Below, in pieces: positions 1 to 11,812 of a stretch of 64,000 nucleotides of DNA. Position numbers and translations under genes: made by a program. Origin of the DNA: Eledone cirrhosa (lineage: Eukaryota); contig OZ024745.1 in the NCBI GenBank assembly GCA_964016885.1, forward strand, positions 59,830,001 through 59,894,000, written 5' to 3'. Below the pieces are notes generated by a model. The model was not told the DNA's origin, searched no databases, and saw only the letters and a list, made by a program, of their open reading frames with translations. How positions within the stretch are numbered: position 1 is the stretch's first letter; each line of letters opens with the position of its first letter.

Positions 1-207
1 CTCGGAGTGAAAACCTCGACTTGGAGTGAGAACCTCGACTTGGAGTGAGAACGTCGACTTGGAGTGAAAACCTCGACTTGGAGTGAGAACCTCTACTTGG
101 AGTGAAAACCTCGACTTGGAGTGTAAACTGCGACTTGGAGTGAGAACCTCGACTTGGAGTGAAAACCTCGACTTGGAGTGTAAACTGCGACTTGGAGTGT
201 AAACTGC

Positions 208-587
208 GACTTGGAGTGTAATGTACAACTTGGAGCATAATGTACAACTTGGAGCATAATGTACGACTTGGAGCATAATGTACGACTTAGAGTGTAATGT
301 AGGACTTAGAGTGTAATGTAGGACTTAGAGTGTAATGTAGGACTAGGAGCATAATGTAGGACTAGGAGCATAATGTACGACTTGGAGTGTAATGTAGGAC
401 TTGGAGTGTAATGTAGGACTTGGAGTGTAAACTGCGAGTTGAAATATAAATTGCGACTTGGATTGTAAACCTTGACTTGCAGTGTATTGAACAACTTGGG
501 GTGTATACTGCGGCTTGGAGTGTAAACTGCGGCTCCGAATATAAACTACGACTTGCAGTGTCATATATGACTCTGAGTGAAAACCTC
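208..587 (+). repeat. Divergent-monomer cassette 1 (20 monomers, core haplotype I)
   Basis: TAATGTAC/TAATGTAG-type monomers, one GTAAACTGC monomer, then core 436-587: GAGTTGAAATATAAATTGC, GACTTGGATTGTAAACCTT, GACTTGCAGTGTATTGAAC, AACTTGGGGTGTATACTGC, GGCTTGGAGTGTAAACTGC, GGCTCCGAATATAAACTAC, GACTTGCAGTGTCATATAT, GACTCTGAGTGAAAACCTC. Confidence 0.97.
556..575. other. Imperfect 20-bp palindrome at the cassette right edge (one per cassette)
   Basis: CAG-T-GTCATATATGAC-T-CTG: perfect 12-bp palindrome at 560-571, one T:T mismatch, then CAG/CTG. Confidence 0.93.
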
Positions 588-1575
588 GACTTGGAGTGAA
601 AACCTCGACTTGGAGTGAGAACCTCGACTTGGAGTGAGAACCTCGACTTGGAGTGAAAACCTCGACTTGGAGTGAGAACCTCGACTTGGAGTGAAAACCT
701 CGACTTGGAGTGAAAACCTCGACTTGGAGTGAGAACCTCGACTTGGAGTGAGAACCTCGACTTGGAGTGAGAACCTCGACTTGGAGTGAGAACCTCGACT
801 TGCAGTGAAAACCTCGACTTGGAGTGAGAACCTCGACTTGCAGTGAAAACCTCGACTTGGAGTGAGAACCTCGACTTGGAGTGAAAACCTCGACTTGCAG
901 TGAAAACCTCGACTTGGAGTGAGAACCTCGACTTGGAGTGAAAACCTCGACTTGGAGTGAAAACCTCGACTTGGAATGAAAACCTCGACTTGGAGTGAGA
1001 ACCTCGACTTGGAGTGAGAACCTCGACTTGGAGTGAGAACCTCGACTTGGAGTGAGAACCTCGACTTGGAGTGAGAACCTCGACTTGGAGTGTAAACTGC
1101 GACTCTGAGTGAAAACCTCGACTTGGAGTGAGAACCTCGACTTGGAGTGAAAACCTCGACTTGGAGTGAGAACCTCGACTTGGAGTGAGAACCTCGACTT
1201 GGAGTGAAAACCTCGACTTGGAGTGAAAACCTCGACTTGGAGTGAAAACCTCGACTTGGAGTGAGAACCTCGACTTGGAGTGAAAACCTCGACTTGGAGT
1301 GAGAACCTCGACTTGGAGTGAGAACCTCGACTTGGAGTGAGAACCTCGACTTGGAGTGAGAACCTCGACTCGGAGTGAAAACCTCGACTTGGAGTGAGAA
1401 CCTCGACTTGGAGTGAGAACGTCGACTTGGAGTGAAAACCTCGACTTGGAGTGAGAACCTCTACTTGGAGTGAAAACCTCGACTTGGAGTGTAAACTGCG
1501 ACTTGGAGTGAGAACCTCGACTTGGAGTGAAAACCTCGACTTGGAGTGTAAACTGCGACTTGGAGTGTAAACTGC

Positions 1576-1955
1576 GACTTGGAGTGTAATGTACAACTTG
1601 GAGCATAATGTACAACTTGGAGCATAATGTACGACTTGGAGCATAATGTACGACTTAGAGTGTAATGTAGGACTTAGAGTGTAATGTAGGACTTAGAGTG
1701 TAATGTAGGACTAGGAGCATAATGTAGGACTAGGAGCATAATGTACGACTTGGAGTGTAATGTAGGACTTGGAGTGTAATGTAGGACTTGGAGTGTAAAC
1801 TGCGAGTTGAAATATAAATTGCGACTTGGATTGTAAACCTTGACTTGCAGTGTATTGAACAACTTGGGGTGTATACTGCGGCTTGGAGTGTAAACTGCGG
1901 CTCCGAATATAAACTACGACTTGCAGTGTCATATATGACTCTGAGTGAAAACCTC
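1576..1955 (+). repeat. Cassette 2 (20 monomers, haplotype I)
   Basis: Same monomer order as cassette 1; core offset 1368 = 72x19. Confidence 0.95.
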
Positions 1956-3000
1956 GACTTGGAGTGAAAACCTCGACTTGGAGTGAGAACCTCGACTTGG
2001 AGTGAGAACCTCGACTTGGAGTGAAAACCTCGACTTGGAGTGAGAACCTCGACTTGGAGTGAAAACCTCGACTTGGAGTGAAAACCTCGACTTGGAGTGA
2101 GAACCTCGACTTGGAGTGAGAACCTCGACTTGGAGTGAGAACCTCGACTTGGAGTGAAAACCTCGACTTGGAGTGAGAACCTCGACTTGGAGTGAGAACC
2201 TCGACTTGGAGTGAGAACCTCGACTTGGAGTGAAAACCTCGACTTGGAGTGAGAACCTCGACTTGGAGTGAAAACCTCGACTTGGAGTGAAAACCTCGAC
2301 TTGGAGTGAAAACCTCGACTTGGAGTGAAAACCTCGACTTGGAGTGAGAACCTCGACTTGGAGTGAAAACCTCGACTTGGAGTGAGAACCTCGACTTGGA
2401 GTGAGAACCTCGACTTGGAGTGAGAACCTCGACTTGGAGTGAGAACCTCGACTTGGAGTGAGAACCTCGACTTGGAGTGAAAACCTCGACTTGGAGTGAA
2501 AACCTCGACTTGGAGTGAGAACCTCGACTTGGAGTGAGAACCTCGACTTGGAGTGAAAACCTCGACTTGGAGTGAGACCCTCGACTTGGAGTGAGAACCT
2601 CGACTTGGAGTGAAAACCTCGACTTGGAGTGAGAACCTCGACTTGGAGTGAGAACCTCGACTTGGAGTGAAAACCTCGACTTGGAGTGAAAACTTCGACT
2701 TGGAGTGAGAACCTCGACTTGGAGTGAGAACCTCGACTTGGAGTGAGAACCTCGACTTGGAGTGAAAACCTCGACTTGGTGCGAGAACCTCGACTTGGAG
2801 TTAAAACCTCGACTTGGAGTGAGAACCTCGACTTTGAGTGAGAACCTCGACTTTGAGTGAAAACCTCGACTTGGAGTGAGAACCTCTACTTGGAGTGAAA
2901 ACCTCGACTTGGAGTGTAAACTGGGACTTGGAGTGAGAACCTCGACTTGGAGTGAAAACCTCGACTTGGAGTGTAAACTGCGACTTGGAGTGTAAACTGC

Positions 3001-3418
3001 GACTTGGAGTGTAATGTACAACTTGGAGCATAATGTACAACTTGGAGCATAATGTACGACTTGGAGCATAATGTACGACTTAGAGTGTAATGTAGGACTT
3101 AGAGTGTAATGTAGGACTTAGAGTGTAATGTAGGACTTAGAGTGTAATGTAGGACTTAGAGTGTAATGTAGGACTAGGAGCATAATGTAGGACTAGGAGC
3201 ATAATGTACGACTTGGAGTGTAATGTAGGACTTGGAGTGTAATGTAGGACTTGGAGTGTAACCTGCGAGTTGAAATATAAATTGCGACTTGGATTGTAAA
3301 CCTTGACTTGCAGTGTATTGAACAACTTGGGGTGTATACTGCGGCTTGGAGTGTAAACTGCGGCTCCGAATATAAACTACGACTTGCAGTGTCATATATG
3401 ACTCTGAGTGAAAACCTC
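3001..3418 (+). repeat. Cassette 3 (22 monomers, haplotype I, GTAACCTGC variant)
   Basis: Core offset 77x19; five GACTTAGAG monomers. Confidence 0.95.
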
Positions 3419-5390
3419 GACTTGGAGTGAAAACCTCGACATGGAGTGAGAACCTCGACTTGGAGTGAGAACCTCGACTTGGAGTGAAAACCTCGACTTG
3501 GAGTGAGAACCTCGACTTGGAGTGAAAACCTCGACTTGGAGTGAAAACCTCGACTTGGAGTGAGAACCTCGACTTGGAGTGAAAACCTCGACTTGGAGTG
3601 AGAACCTCGACTTGGAGTGAAAACCTCGACTTGGAGTGAAAACCTCGACTTGGAGTGAAAACCTCGACTTGGAGTGAGAACCTCGACTTGGAGTGAAAAC
3701 CTCGACTTGGAGTGAGAACCTCGACTTGGAGTGAAAACCTCGACTTGGAGTGAGAACCTCGACTTGGAGTGAGAACCTCGACTTGGAGTGAGAACGTCGA
3801 CTTGGAGTGAGAACCTCGACTTGGAGTGAGAACGTCGACTTGGAGTGAGAACGTCGACTTGGAGTGAGAACCTCGACTTGGAGTGAAAACCTCGACTTGG
3901 AGTGAAAACCTCGACTTGGAGTGAGAACCTCGACTTGGAGTGAGAACCTCGACTTGGAGTGAAAACCTCGACTTGGAGTGAGAACCTCGACTTGGAGTGA
4001 GAACCTCGACTTGGAGTGAAAACCTCGACTTGGAGTGAGAACCTCGACTTGGAGTGAGAACCTCGACTTGGAGTGAAAATCTCGACTTGGAGTGAAAACT
4101 TCGACTTGGAGTGAGAACCTCGACTTGGAGTGAGAACCTCGACTTGGAGTGAGAACCTCGACTTGGAGTGAAAACCTCGACTTGGTGCGAGAACCTCGAC
4201 TTGGAGTTAAAACCTCGACTTGGAGTGAGAACCTCGACTTGGAGTGAAAACCTCGACTTGGAGTGAGAACCTCGACTTGGAGTGAGAACCTCGACTTGGA
4301 GTGAAAACCTCGACTTGGAGTGAAAACCTCGACTTGGAGTGAAAACCTCGACTTGGAGTCAGAACCTCGACTTTGAGTGAAAACCTCGACTTGGGGTGAG
4401 AACCTCGACTTGGAGTGAAAACCTCGACTTGGAGTGAGAACCTCGACTTGGAGTGGAAACCTCGACTTGTAGTGAAAACCTCGACTTGGAGTGAAAACCT
4501 CGACTTGGAGTGAAAACCTCAACTTTGAGTGAGAACCTCGACTTGGAGTGAGAACCTCGACTTGGAGTGAAAACCTCGACTTGGAGTGAGAACCTCGACT
4601 TGGAGAACCTCGACTTGGAGTGAGAACCTCGACTTGGAGTGAGAACCTCGACTTGGAGTGAAAACCTCGACTTGGAGTGAGAACCTCGACTTGGAGTGAA
4701 AACCTCGACTTGGAGTGAAAACCTCGACTTGGAGTGAAAACCTCGACTTGGAGTGAGAACCTCGACTTGGAGTGAGAACCTCGACTTGGAGTGAAAACCT
4801 CGACTTGGAGTGAGAACCTCGACTTGGAGTGAGAACCACGACTTGTAGTGAAAACCTCGACTTGGAGTGAGAACCTCGACTTGGAGTGAAAACCTCGACT
4901 TGGAGGGAAAACCTCGACTTGGAGTGAGAACCTCGACTTGGAGTGAGAACCTCGACTTGGAGTGCGAACCTCGACTTGGAGTGAGAACCTCGACTTGGAG
5001 TGTAAACTGCGACTCTGAGTGAAAACCTCGACTTGGAGTGAGAACCTCGACTTGGAGTGAAAACCTCGACTTGGAGTGAGAACCTCGACTTGGAGTGAAA
5101 ACCTCGACTTGGAGTCAGAACCTCGACTTGGAGTCAGAACCTCGACTTGGAGTGAAAACCTCGACTTGGAGTGAAAACCTCGACTTGGAGTGAAAACCTC
5201 GACTTGGAGTGAGAACCTCGACTTGGAGTGAGAACCTCGACTTGGAGTGAAAACCTCGACTTGGAGTGAGAACCTCTACTTGGAGTGAAAACCTCGACTT
5301 GAAGTGTAAACTGCGACTTGGAGTGAGAACCTCGACTTGGAGTGAAAACCTCGACTTGGAGTGTAAACTGCGACTTGGAGTGTAAACTGC

Positions 5391-5808
5391 GACTTGCAGT
5401 GTAATGTACAACTTGGAGCATAATGTACAACTTGGAGCATAATGTACGACTTGGAGCATAATGTACGACTTAGAGTGTAATGTAGGACTTAGAGTGTAAT
5501 GTAGGACTTAGAGTGTAATGTAGGACTTAGAGTGTAATGTAGGACTTAGAGTGTAATGTAGGACTTGGTGCATAATGTAGGACTAGGAGCATAATGTACG
5601 ACTTGGAGTGTAATGTAGGACTTGGAGTGTAATGTAGGACTTGGAGTGTAAACTGCGAGTTGAAATATAAATTGCGACTTGGATTGTAAACCTTGACTTG
5701 CAGTGTATTGAACAACTTGGGGTGTATACTGCGGCTTGGAGTGTAAACTGCGGCTCCGAATATAAACTACGACTTGCAGTGTCATATATGACTCTGAGTG
5801 AGAACCTC
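5391..5808 (+). repeat. Cassette 4 (22 monomers, haplotype I)
   Basis: Core offset 2390 = 126x19 - 4. Confidence 0.95.
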
Positions 5809-7100
5809 GACTTGGGGTGAAAACCTCGACTTGGAGTGAGAACCTCGACTTGGAGTGAGAACCTCGACTTGGAGTGAAAACCTCGACTTGGAGTGAGAAC
5901 CTCGACTTGGAGTGAAAACCTCGACTTGGAGTGAAAACCTCGACTTGGAGTGAGAACCTCGACTTGGAGTGAGAACCTCGACTTGGAGTGAAAACCTCGA
6001 CTTGGAGTGAAAACCTCGACTTGGAGTGAAAACCTCGACTTGGAGTGAAAACCTCGACTTGGAGTGAAAACCTCGACTTGGAGTGAAAACCTCGACTTGG
6101 AGTGAAAACCTCGACTTGGAGTGAAAACCTCGACTTGGAGTGAGAACCTCGACTTGGAGTGAGAACCTCGACTTGGAGTGAGAACCTCGACTTGGAGTGA
6201 AAACCTCGACTTGGAGTGAGAACCTCGACTTGGAGTGAGAACCTCGACTTGGAGTGAAAACCTCGACTTGGAGTGAGAACCTCGACTTGGAGTGAGAACC
6301 TCGACTTGGAGTGAGAACCTCGACTTGGAGTGAAAACCTCGACTTGGAGTGAAAACCTCGACTTGGAGTGAGAACCTCGACTTGGAGTGAAAACCTCAAC
6401 TTGGAGTGAAAACCTCGACTTGGAGTGAAAACCTCGACTTGGAGTGAAAACCTCGACTTGGAGTGAAAACCTCGACTTGGAGTGAGAACCTCGACTTGGA
6501 GTGAGAACCTCGACTTGGAGTGAGAACCTCGACTTGGAGTGACAACCTCGACTTGGAGTGAAAACCTCGACTTGGAGTGAGAACCTCGACTTGGAGTGAG
6601 AACCACGACTTGGAGTGAAAACCTCGACTTGGAGTGAGAACCTCGACTTGGAGTGAGAACCTCGACTTGGAGTGAGAACCTCGACTTGGAGTGAGAACCT
6701 CGACTTGGAGTGTAAACTGCGACTCTAAGTGAAAACCTCGACTTGGAGTGAGAACCTCGACTTGGAGTGAAAACCTCGACTTGGAGTGAGAACCTCGACT
6801 TGGAGTGAAAACCTCGACTTGGAGTCAGAACCTCGACTTGGAGTCAGAACCTCGACTTGGAGTGAAAACCTCGACTTGGAGTGAAAACCTCGACTTGGAG
6901 TGAAAACCTCGACTTGGAGTGAGAACCTCGACTTGGAGTGAGAACCTCGACTTGGAGTGAAAACCTCGACTTGGAGTGAGAACCTCTACTTGGAGTGAAA
7001 ACCTCGACTTGAAGTGTAAACTGCGACTTGGAGTGAGAACCTCGACTTGGAGTGAAAACCTCGACTTGGAGTGTAAACTGCGACTTGGAGTGTAAACTGC

Positions 7101-7518
7101 GACTTGGAGTGTAATGTACAACTTGGAGCATAATGTACAACTTGGAGCATAATGTACGACTTGGAGCATAATGTACGACTTAGAGTGTAATGTACGACTT
7201 AGAGTGTAATGTAGGACTTAGAGTGTAATGTAGGACTTAGAGTGTAATGTAGGACTTAGAGTGTAATGTAGGACTTAGAGTGTAATGTAGGACTAGGAGC
7301 ATAATGTAGGACTAGGAGCATAATGTACGACTTGGAGTGTAATGTAGGACTTGGAGTGTAAACTGCGAGTTGAAATATAAATTGCGACTTGGATTGTAAA
7401 CCTTGACTTGCAGTGTATTGAACAACTTGGGGTGTATACTGCGGCTTGGAGTGTAAACTGCGGCTCCGAATATAAACTACGACTTGCAGTGTCATATATG
7501 ACTCTGAGTGAAAACCTC
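7101..7518 (+). repeat. Cassette 5 (22 monomers, haplotype I)
   Basis: Core offset 90x19; six GACTTAGAG monomers and only one GACTTGGAGTGTAATGTAG. Confidence 0.95.
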
Positions 7519-8297
7519 GACTTGGAGTGAGAACCTCGACTTGGAGTGAGAACCTCGACTTGGAGTGAGAACCTCGACTTGGAGTGAAAACCTCGACTTG
7601 GAGTGAGAACCTCGACTTGGAGTGAAAACCTCGACTTGGAGTGAAAACCTCGACTTGGAGTGAAAACCTCGACTTGGAGTGAAAACCTCGACTTGGAGTA
7701 AGAACCTCGACTTGGAGTGAAAACCTCGACTTGGAGTGAAAACCTCGACTTGGAGTGAAAACCTCGACTTGGAGTGAGAACCTCGACTTGGAGTGAGAAC
7801 CTCGACTTGGAGTGAGAACCTCGACTTGGAGTGAAAACCTCGACTTGGAGTGAGAACCTCGACTTGGAGTGAGAACCTCGACTTGGAGTGAAAACCTCGA
7901 CTTGGAGTGAGAACCTCGACTTGGAGTGAGAACCTCGACTTGGAGTGAGAACCTCGACTTGGAGTGAAAACCTCGACTTGGAGTGAGAACCTCGACTTGG
8001 AGTGAAAACCTCGACTTGGAGTCAGAACCTCGACTTGGAGTCAGAACCTCGACTTGGAGTGAAAACCTCAACTTGGAGTGAAAACCTCGACTTGGAGTGA
8101 AAACCTCGACTTGGAGTGAGAACCTCGACTTGGAGTGAGAACCTCGACTTGGAGTGAAAACCTCGACTTGGAGTGAGAACCTCTACTTGGAGTGAAAACC
8201 TCGACTTGAAGTGTAAACTGCGACTTGGAGTGAGAACCTCGACTTGGAGTGAAAACCTCGACTTGGAGTGTAAACTGCGACTTGGAGTGTAAACTGC

Positions 8298-8677
8298 GAC
8301 TTGGAGTGTAATGTACAACTTGGAGCATAATGTACAACTTGGAGCATAATGTACGACTTGGAGCATAATGTACGACTTAGAGTGTAATGTAGGACTTAGA
8401 GTGTAATGTAGGACTTAGAGTGTAATGTAGGACTTGGAGCATAATGTAGGACTAGGAGCATAATGTACGACTTGGAGTGTAATGTAGGACTTGGAGTGTA
8501 ATGTAGGACTTGGAGTGTAAACTGCGAGTTGAAATATAAATTGCGACTTGGATAGTAAACCTTGACTTGCAGTGTATTGAACAACTTGGGGTGTATACTG
8601 CGGCTTGGAGTGTAAACTGCGGCTCCGAATATAAACTACGACTTGCAGTGTCATATATGACTCTGAGTGAAAACCTC
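8298..8677 (+). repeat. Cassette 6 (20 monomers, haplotype II, GATAGTAAAC)
   Basis: Core offset 61x19. Confidence 0.95.
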
Positions 8678-9456
8678 GACTTGGAGTGAAAACCTCGACT
8701 TGGAGTGAGAACCTCGACTTGGAGTGAAAACCTCGACTTGGAGTGAAAACCTCGACTTGGAGTGAAAACCTCGACTTGGAGTGAGAACCTCGACTTGGAG
8801 TGAGAACCTCGACTTGGAGTGAGAACCTCGACTTGGAGTGAGAACCTCGACTTGCAGTGAAAACCTCGACTTGGAGTGAGAACCTCGACTTGGAGTGAGA
8901 ACCTCGACTTGGAGTGAAAACCTCGACTTGGAGTGAAAACCTCGACTTGGAGTGAGAACCTCGACTTGGAGTGAAAACCTCGACTTGGAGTGAAAACCTC
9001 GACTTGGAGTGAAAACCTCGACTTGGAGTGAAAACCTCGACTTGGAGTGAGAACCTCGACTTGGAGTGAAAACCTCGACTTGGAGTGAGAACCTCGACTT
9101 GGAGTGAAAACCTCGACTTGGAGTGAGAACCTCGACTTGGAGTGAGAACCTCGACTTGGAGTGAAAACCTCGTCTTGGAGTGAGTACCTCGACTTGGAGT
9201 GAGAACGTCGACTTGGAGTGAGAACCTCGACTTGGAGTGAAAACCTCGACTTGGAGTGAGAACGTCGACTTGGAGTGAGAACCTCGACTTGGAGTGAAAA
9301 CCTCGACTTGGAGTGAAAACCTCGACTTGGAGTGAGAACCTCGACTTGGAGTGAAAACCTCGACTTGGAGTGAAAACCTCGACTTGGAGTGAAAACCTCG
9401 ACTTGGAGTGAAAACCTCGACTTGGAGTGAGAACCTCGACTTGGAGTGTAAACTGC

Positions 9457-9874
9457 GACTTGGAGTGTAATGTACAACTTGGAGCATAATGTACAACTTG
9501 GAGCATAATGTACGACTTGGAGCATAATGTACGACTTAGAGTGTAATGTAGGACTTAGAGTGTAATGTAGGACTTAGAGTGTAATGTAGGACTTAGAGTG
9601 TAATGTAGGACTTAGAGTGTAATGTAGGACTAGGAGCATAATGTAGGACTAGGAGCATAATGTACGACTTGGAGTGTAATGTAGGACTTGGAGTGTAATG
9701 TAGGACTTGGAGTGTAACCTGCGAGTTGAAATATAAATTGCGACTTGGATTGTAAACCTTGACTTGCAGTGTATTGAACAACTTGGGGTGTATACTGCGG
9801 CTTGGAGTGTAAACTGCGGCTCCGAATATAAACTACGACTTGCAGTGTCATATATGACTCTGAGTGAAAACCTC
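9457..9874 (+). repeat. Cassette 7 (22 monomers, haplotype I, GTAACCTGC variant)
   Basis: Core offset 63x19; shares a rare variant with cassette 3. Confidence 0.95.
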
Positions 9875-10653
9875 GACTTGGAGTGAGAACCTCGACTTGG
9901 AGTGAGAACCTCGACTTGGAGTGAGAACCTCGACTTGGAGTGAAAACCTCGACTTGGAGTGAGAACCTCGACTTGGAGTGAAAACCTCGACTTGGAGTGA
10001 AAACCTCGACTTGGAGTGAAAACCTCGACTTGGAGTGAAAACCTCGACTTGGAGTAAGAACCTCGACTTGGAGTGAAAACCTCGACTTGGAGTGAAAACC
10101 TCGACTTGGAGTGAAAACCTCGACTTGGAGTGAGAACCTCGACTTGGAGTGAGAACCTCGACTTGGAGTGAGAACCTCGACTTGGAGTGAAAACCTCGAC
10201 TTGGAGTGAGAACCTCGACTTGGAGTGAGAACCTCGACTTGGAGTAAAAACCTCGACTTGGAGTGAGAACCTCGACTTGGAGTGAGAACCTCGACTTGGA
10301 GTGAGAACCTCGACTTGGAGTGAAAACCTCGACTTGGAGTGAGAACCTCGACTTGGAGTGAAAACCTCGACTTGGAGTCAGAACCTCGACTTGGAGTCAG
10401 AACCTCGACTTGGAGTGAAAACCTCAACTTGGAGTGAAAACCTCGACTTGGAGTGAAAACCTCGACTTGGAGTGAGAACCTCGACTTGGAGTGAGAACCT
10501 CGACTTGGAGTGAAAACCTCGACTTGGAGTGAGAACCTCTACTTGGAGTGAAAACCTCGACTTGAAGTGTAAACTGCGACTTGGAGTGAGAACCTCGACT
10601 TGGAGTGAAAACCTCGACTTGGAGTGTAAACTGCGACTTGGAGTGTAAACTGC

Positions 10654-11033
10654 GACTTGGAGTGTAATGTACAACTTGGAGCATAATGTACAACTTGGAG
10701 CATAATGTACGACTTGGAGCATAATGTACGACTTAGAGTGTAATGTAGGACTTAGAGTGTAATGTAGGACTTAGAGTGTAATGTAGGACTTGGAGCATAA
10801 TGTAGGACTAGGAGCATAATGTACGACTTGGAGTGTAATGTAGGACTTGGAGTGTAATGTAGGACTTGGAGTGTAAACTGCGAGTTGAAATATAAATTGC
10901 GACTTGGATAGTAAACCTTGACTTGCAGTGTATTGAACAACTTGGGGTGTATACTGCGGCTTGGAGTGTAAACTGCGGCTCCGAATATAAACTACGACTT
11001 GCAGTGTCATATATGACTCTGAGTGAAAACCTC
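10654..11033 (+). repeat. Cassette 8 (20 monomers, haplotype II)
   Basis: Core offset 61x19. Confidence 0.95.
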
Positions 11034-11812
11034 GACTTGGAGTGAAAACCTCGACTTGGAGTGAGAACCTCGACTTGGAGTGAAAACCTCGACTTGGAGT
11101 GAAAACCTCGACTTGGAGTGAAAACCTCGACTTGGAGTGAGAACCTCGACTTGGAGTGAGAACCTCGACTTGGAGTGAGAACCTCGACTTGGAGTGAGAA
11201 CCTCGACTTGCAGTGAAAACCTCGACTTGGAGTGAGAACCTCGACTTGGAGTGAGAACCTCGACTTGGAGTGAAAACCTCGACTTGGAGTGAAAACCTCG
11301 ACTTGGAGTGAGAACCTCGACTTGGAGTGAAAACCTCGACTTGGAGTGAAAACCTCGACTTGGAGTGAAAACCTCGACTTGGAGTGAAAACCTCGACTTG
11401 GAGTGAGAACCTCGACTTGGAGTGAAAACCTCGACTTGGAGTGAGAACCTCGACTTGGAGTGAAAACCTCGACTTGGAGTGAGAACCTCGACTTGGAGTG
11501 AGAACCTCGACTTGGAGTGAAAACCTCGTCTTGGAGTGAGTACCTCGACTTGGAGTGAGAACGTCGACTTGGAGTGAGAACCTCGACTTGGAGTGAAAAC
11601 CTCGACTTGGAGTGAGAACGTCGACTTGGAGTGAGAACCTCGACTTGGAGTGAAAACCTCGACTTGGAGTGAAAACCTCGACTTGGAGTGAGAACCTCGA
11701 CTTGGAGTGAAAACCTCGACTTGGAGTGAAAACCTCGACTTGGAGTGAAAACCTCGACTTGGAGTGAAAACCTCGACTTGGAGTGAGAACCTCGACTTGG
11801 AGTGTAAACTGC

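Noticed and set aside
284-416. Telomerase-made telomeric repeat (TTAGAG, GTGTA and GTAGG resemble telomeric motifs)
   Set aside because: The major monomer has little G/C strand skew, and multi-kb higher-order duplications with ordered variants imply recombinational amplification. A subtelomeric location cannot be excluded.
306-494. Recurrent 62-aa ORF MFNTLQVKV... in nearly every cassette
   Set aside because: It starts at TTG, is made of satellite monomers, and recurs only because the cassette is duplicated.
436-568. TATAAA motifs in the core as TATA-box promoters
   Set aside because: Short AT-rich matches arise from GTGTAAA>ATATAAA substitutions; there is no downstream gene or other support.
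208-587. Cassette as an inserted foreign transposon (MITE or SINE)
   Set aside because: It consists wholly of in-register 19-mers homologous to the array, with no terminal inverted repeats, target-site duplication or poly-A tail.
436-587. 152-bp core equals one nucleosome length
   Set aside because: This depends on where the core boundary is drawn (7-9 monomers, 133-171 bp) and is numerology without MNase data.
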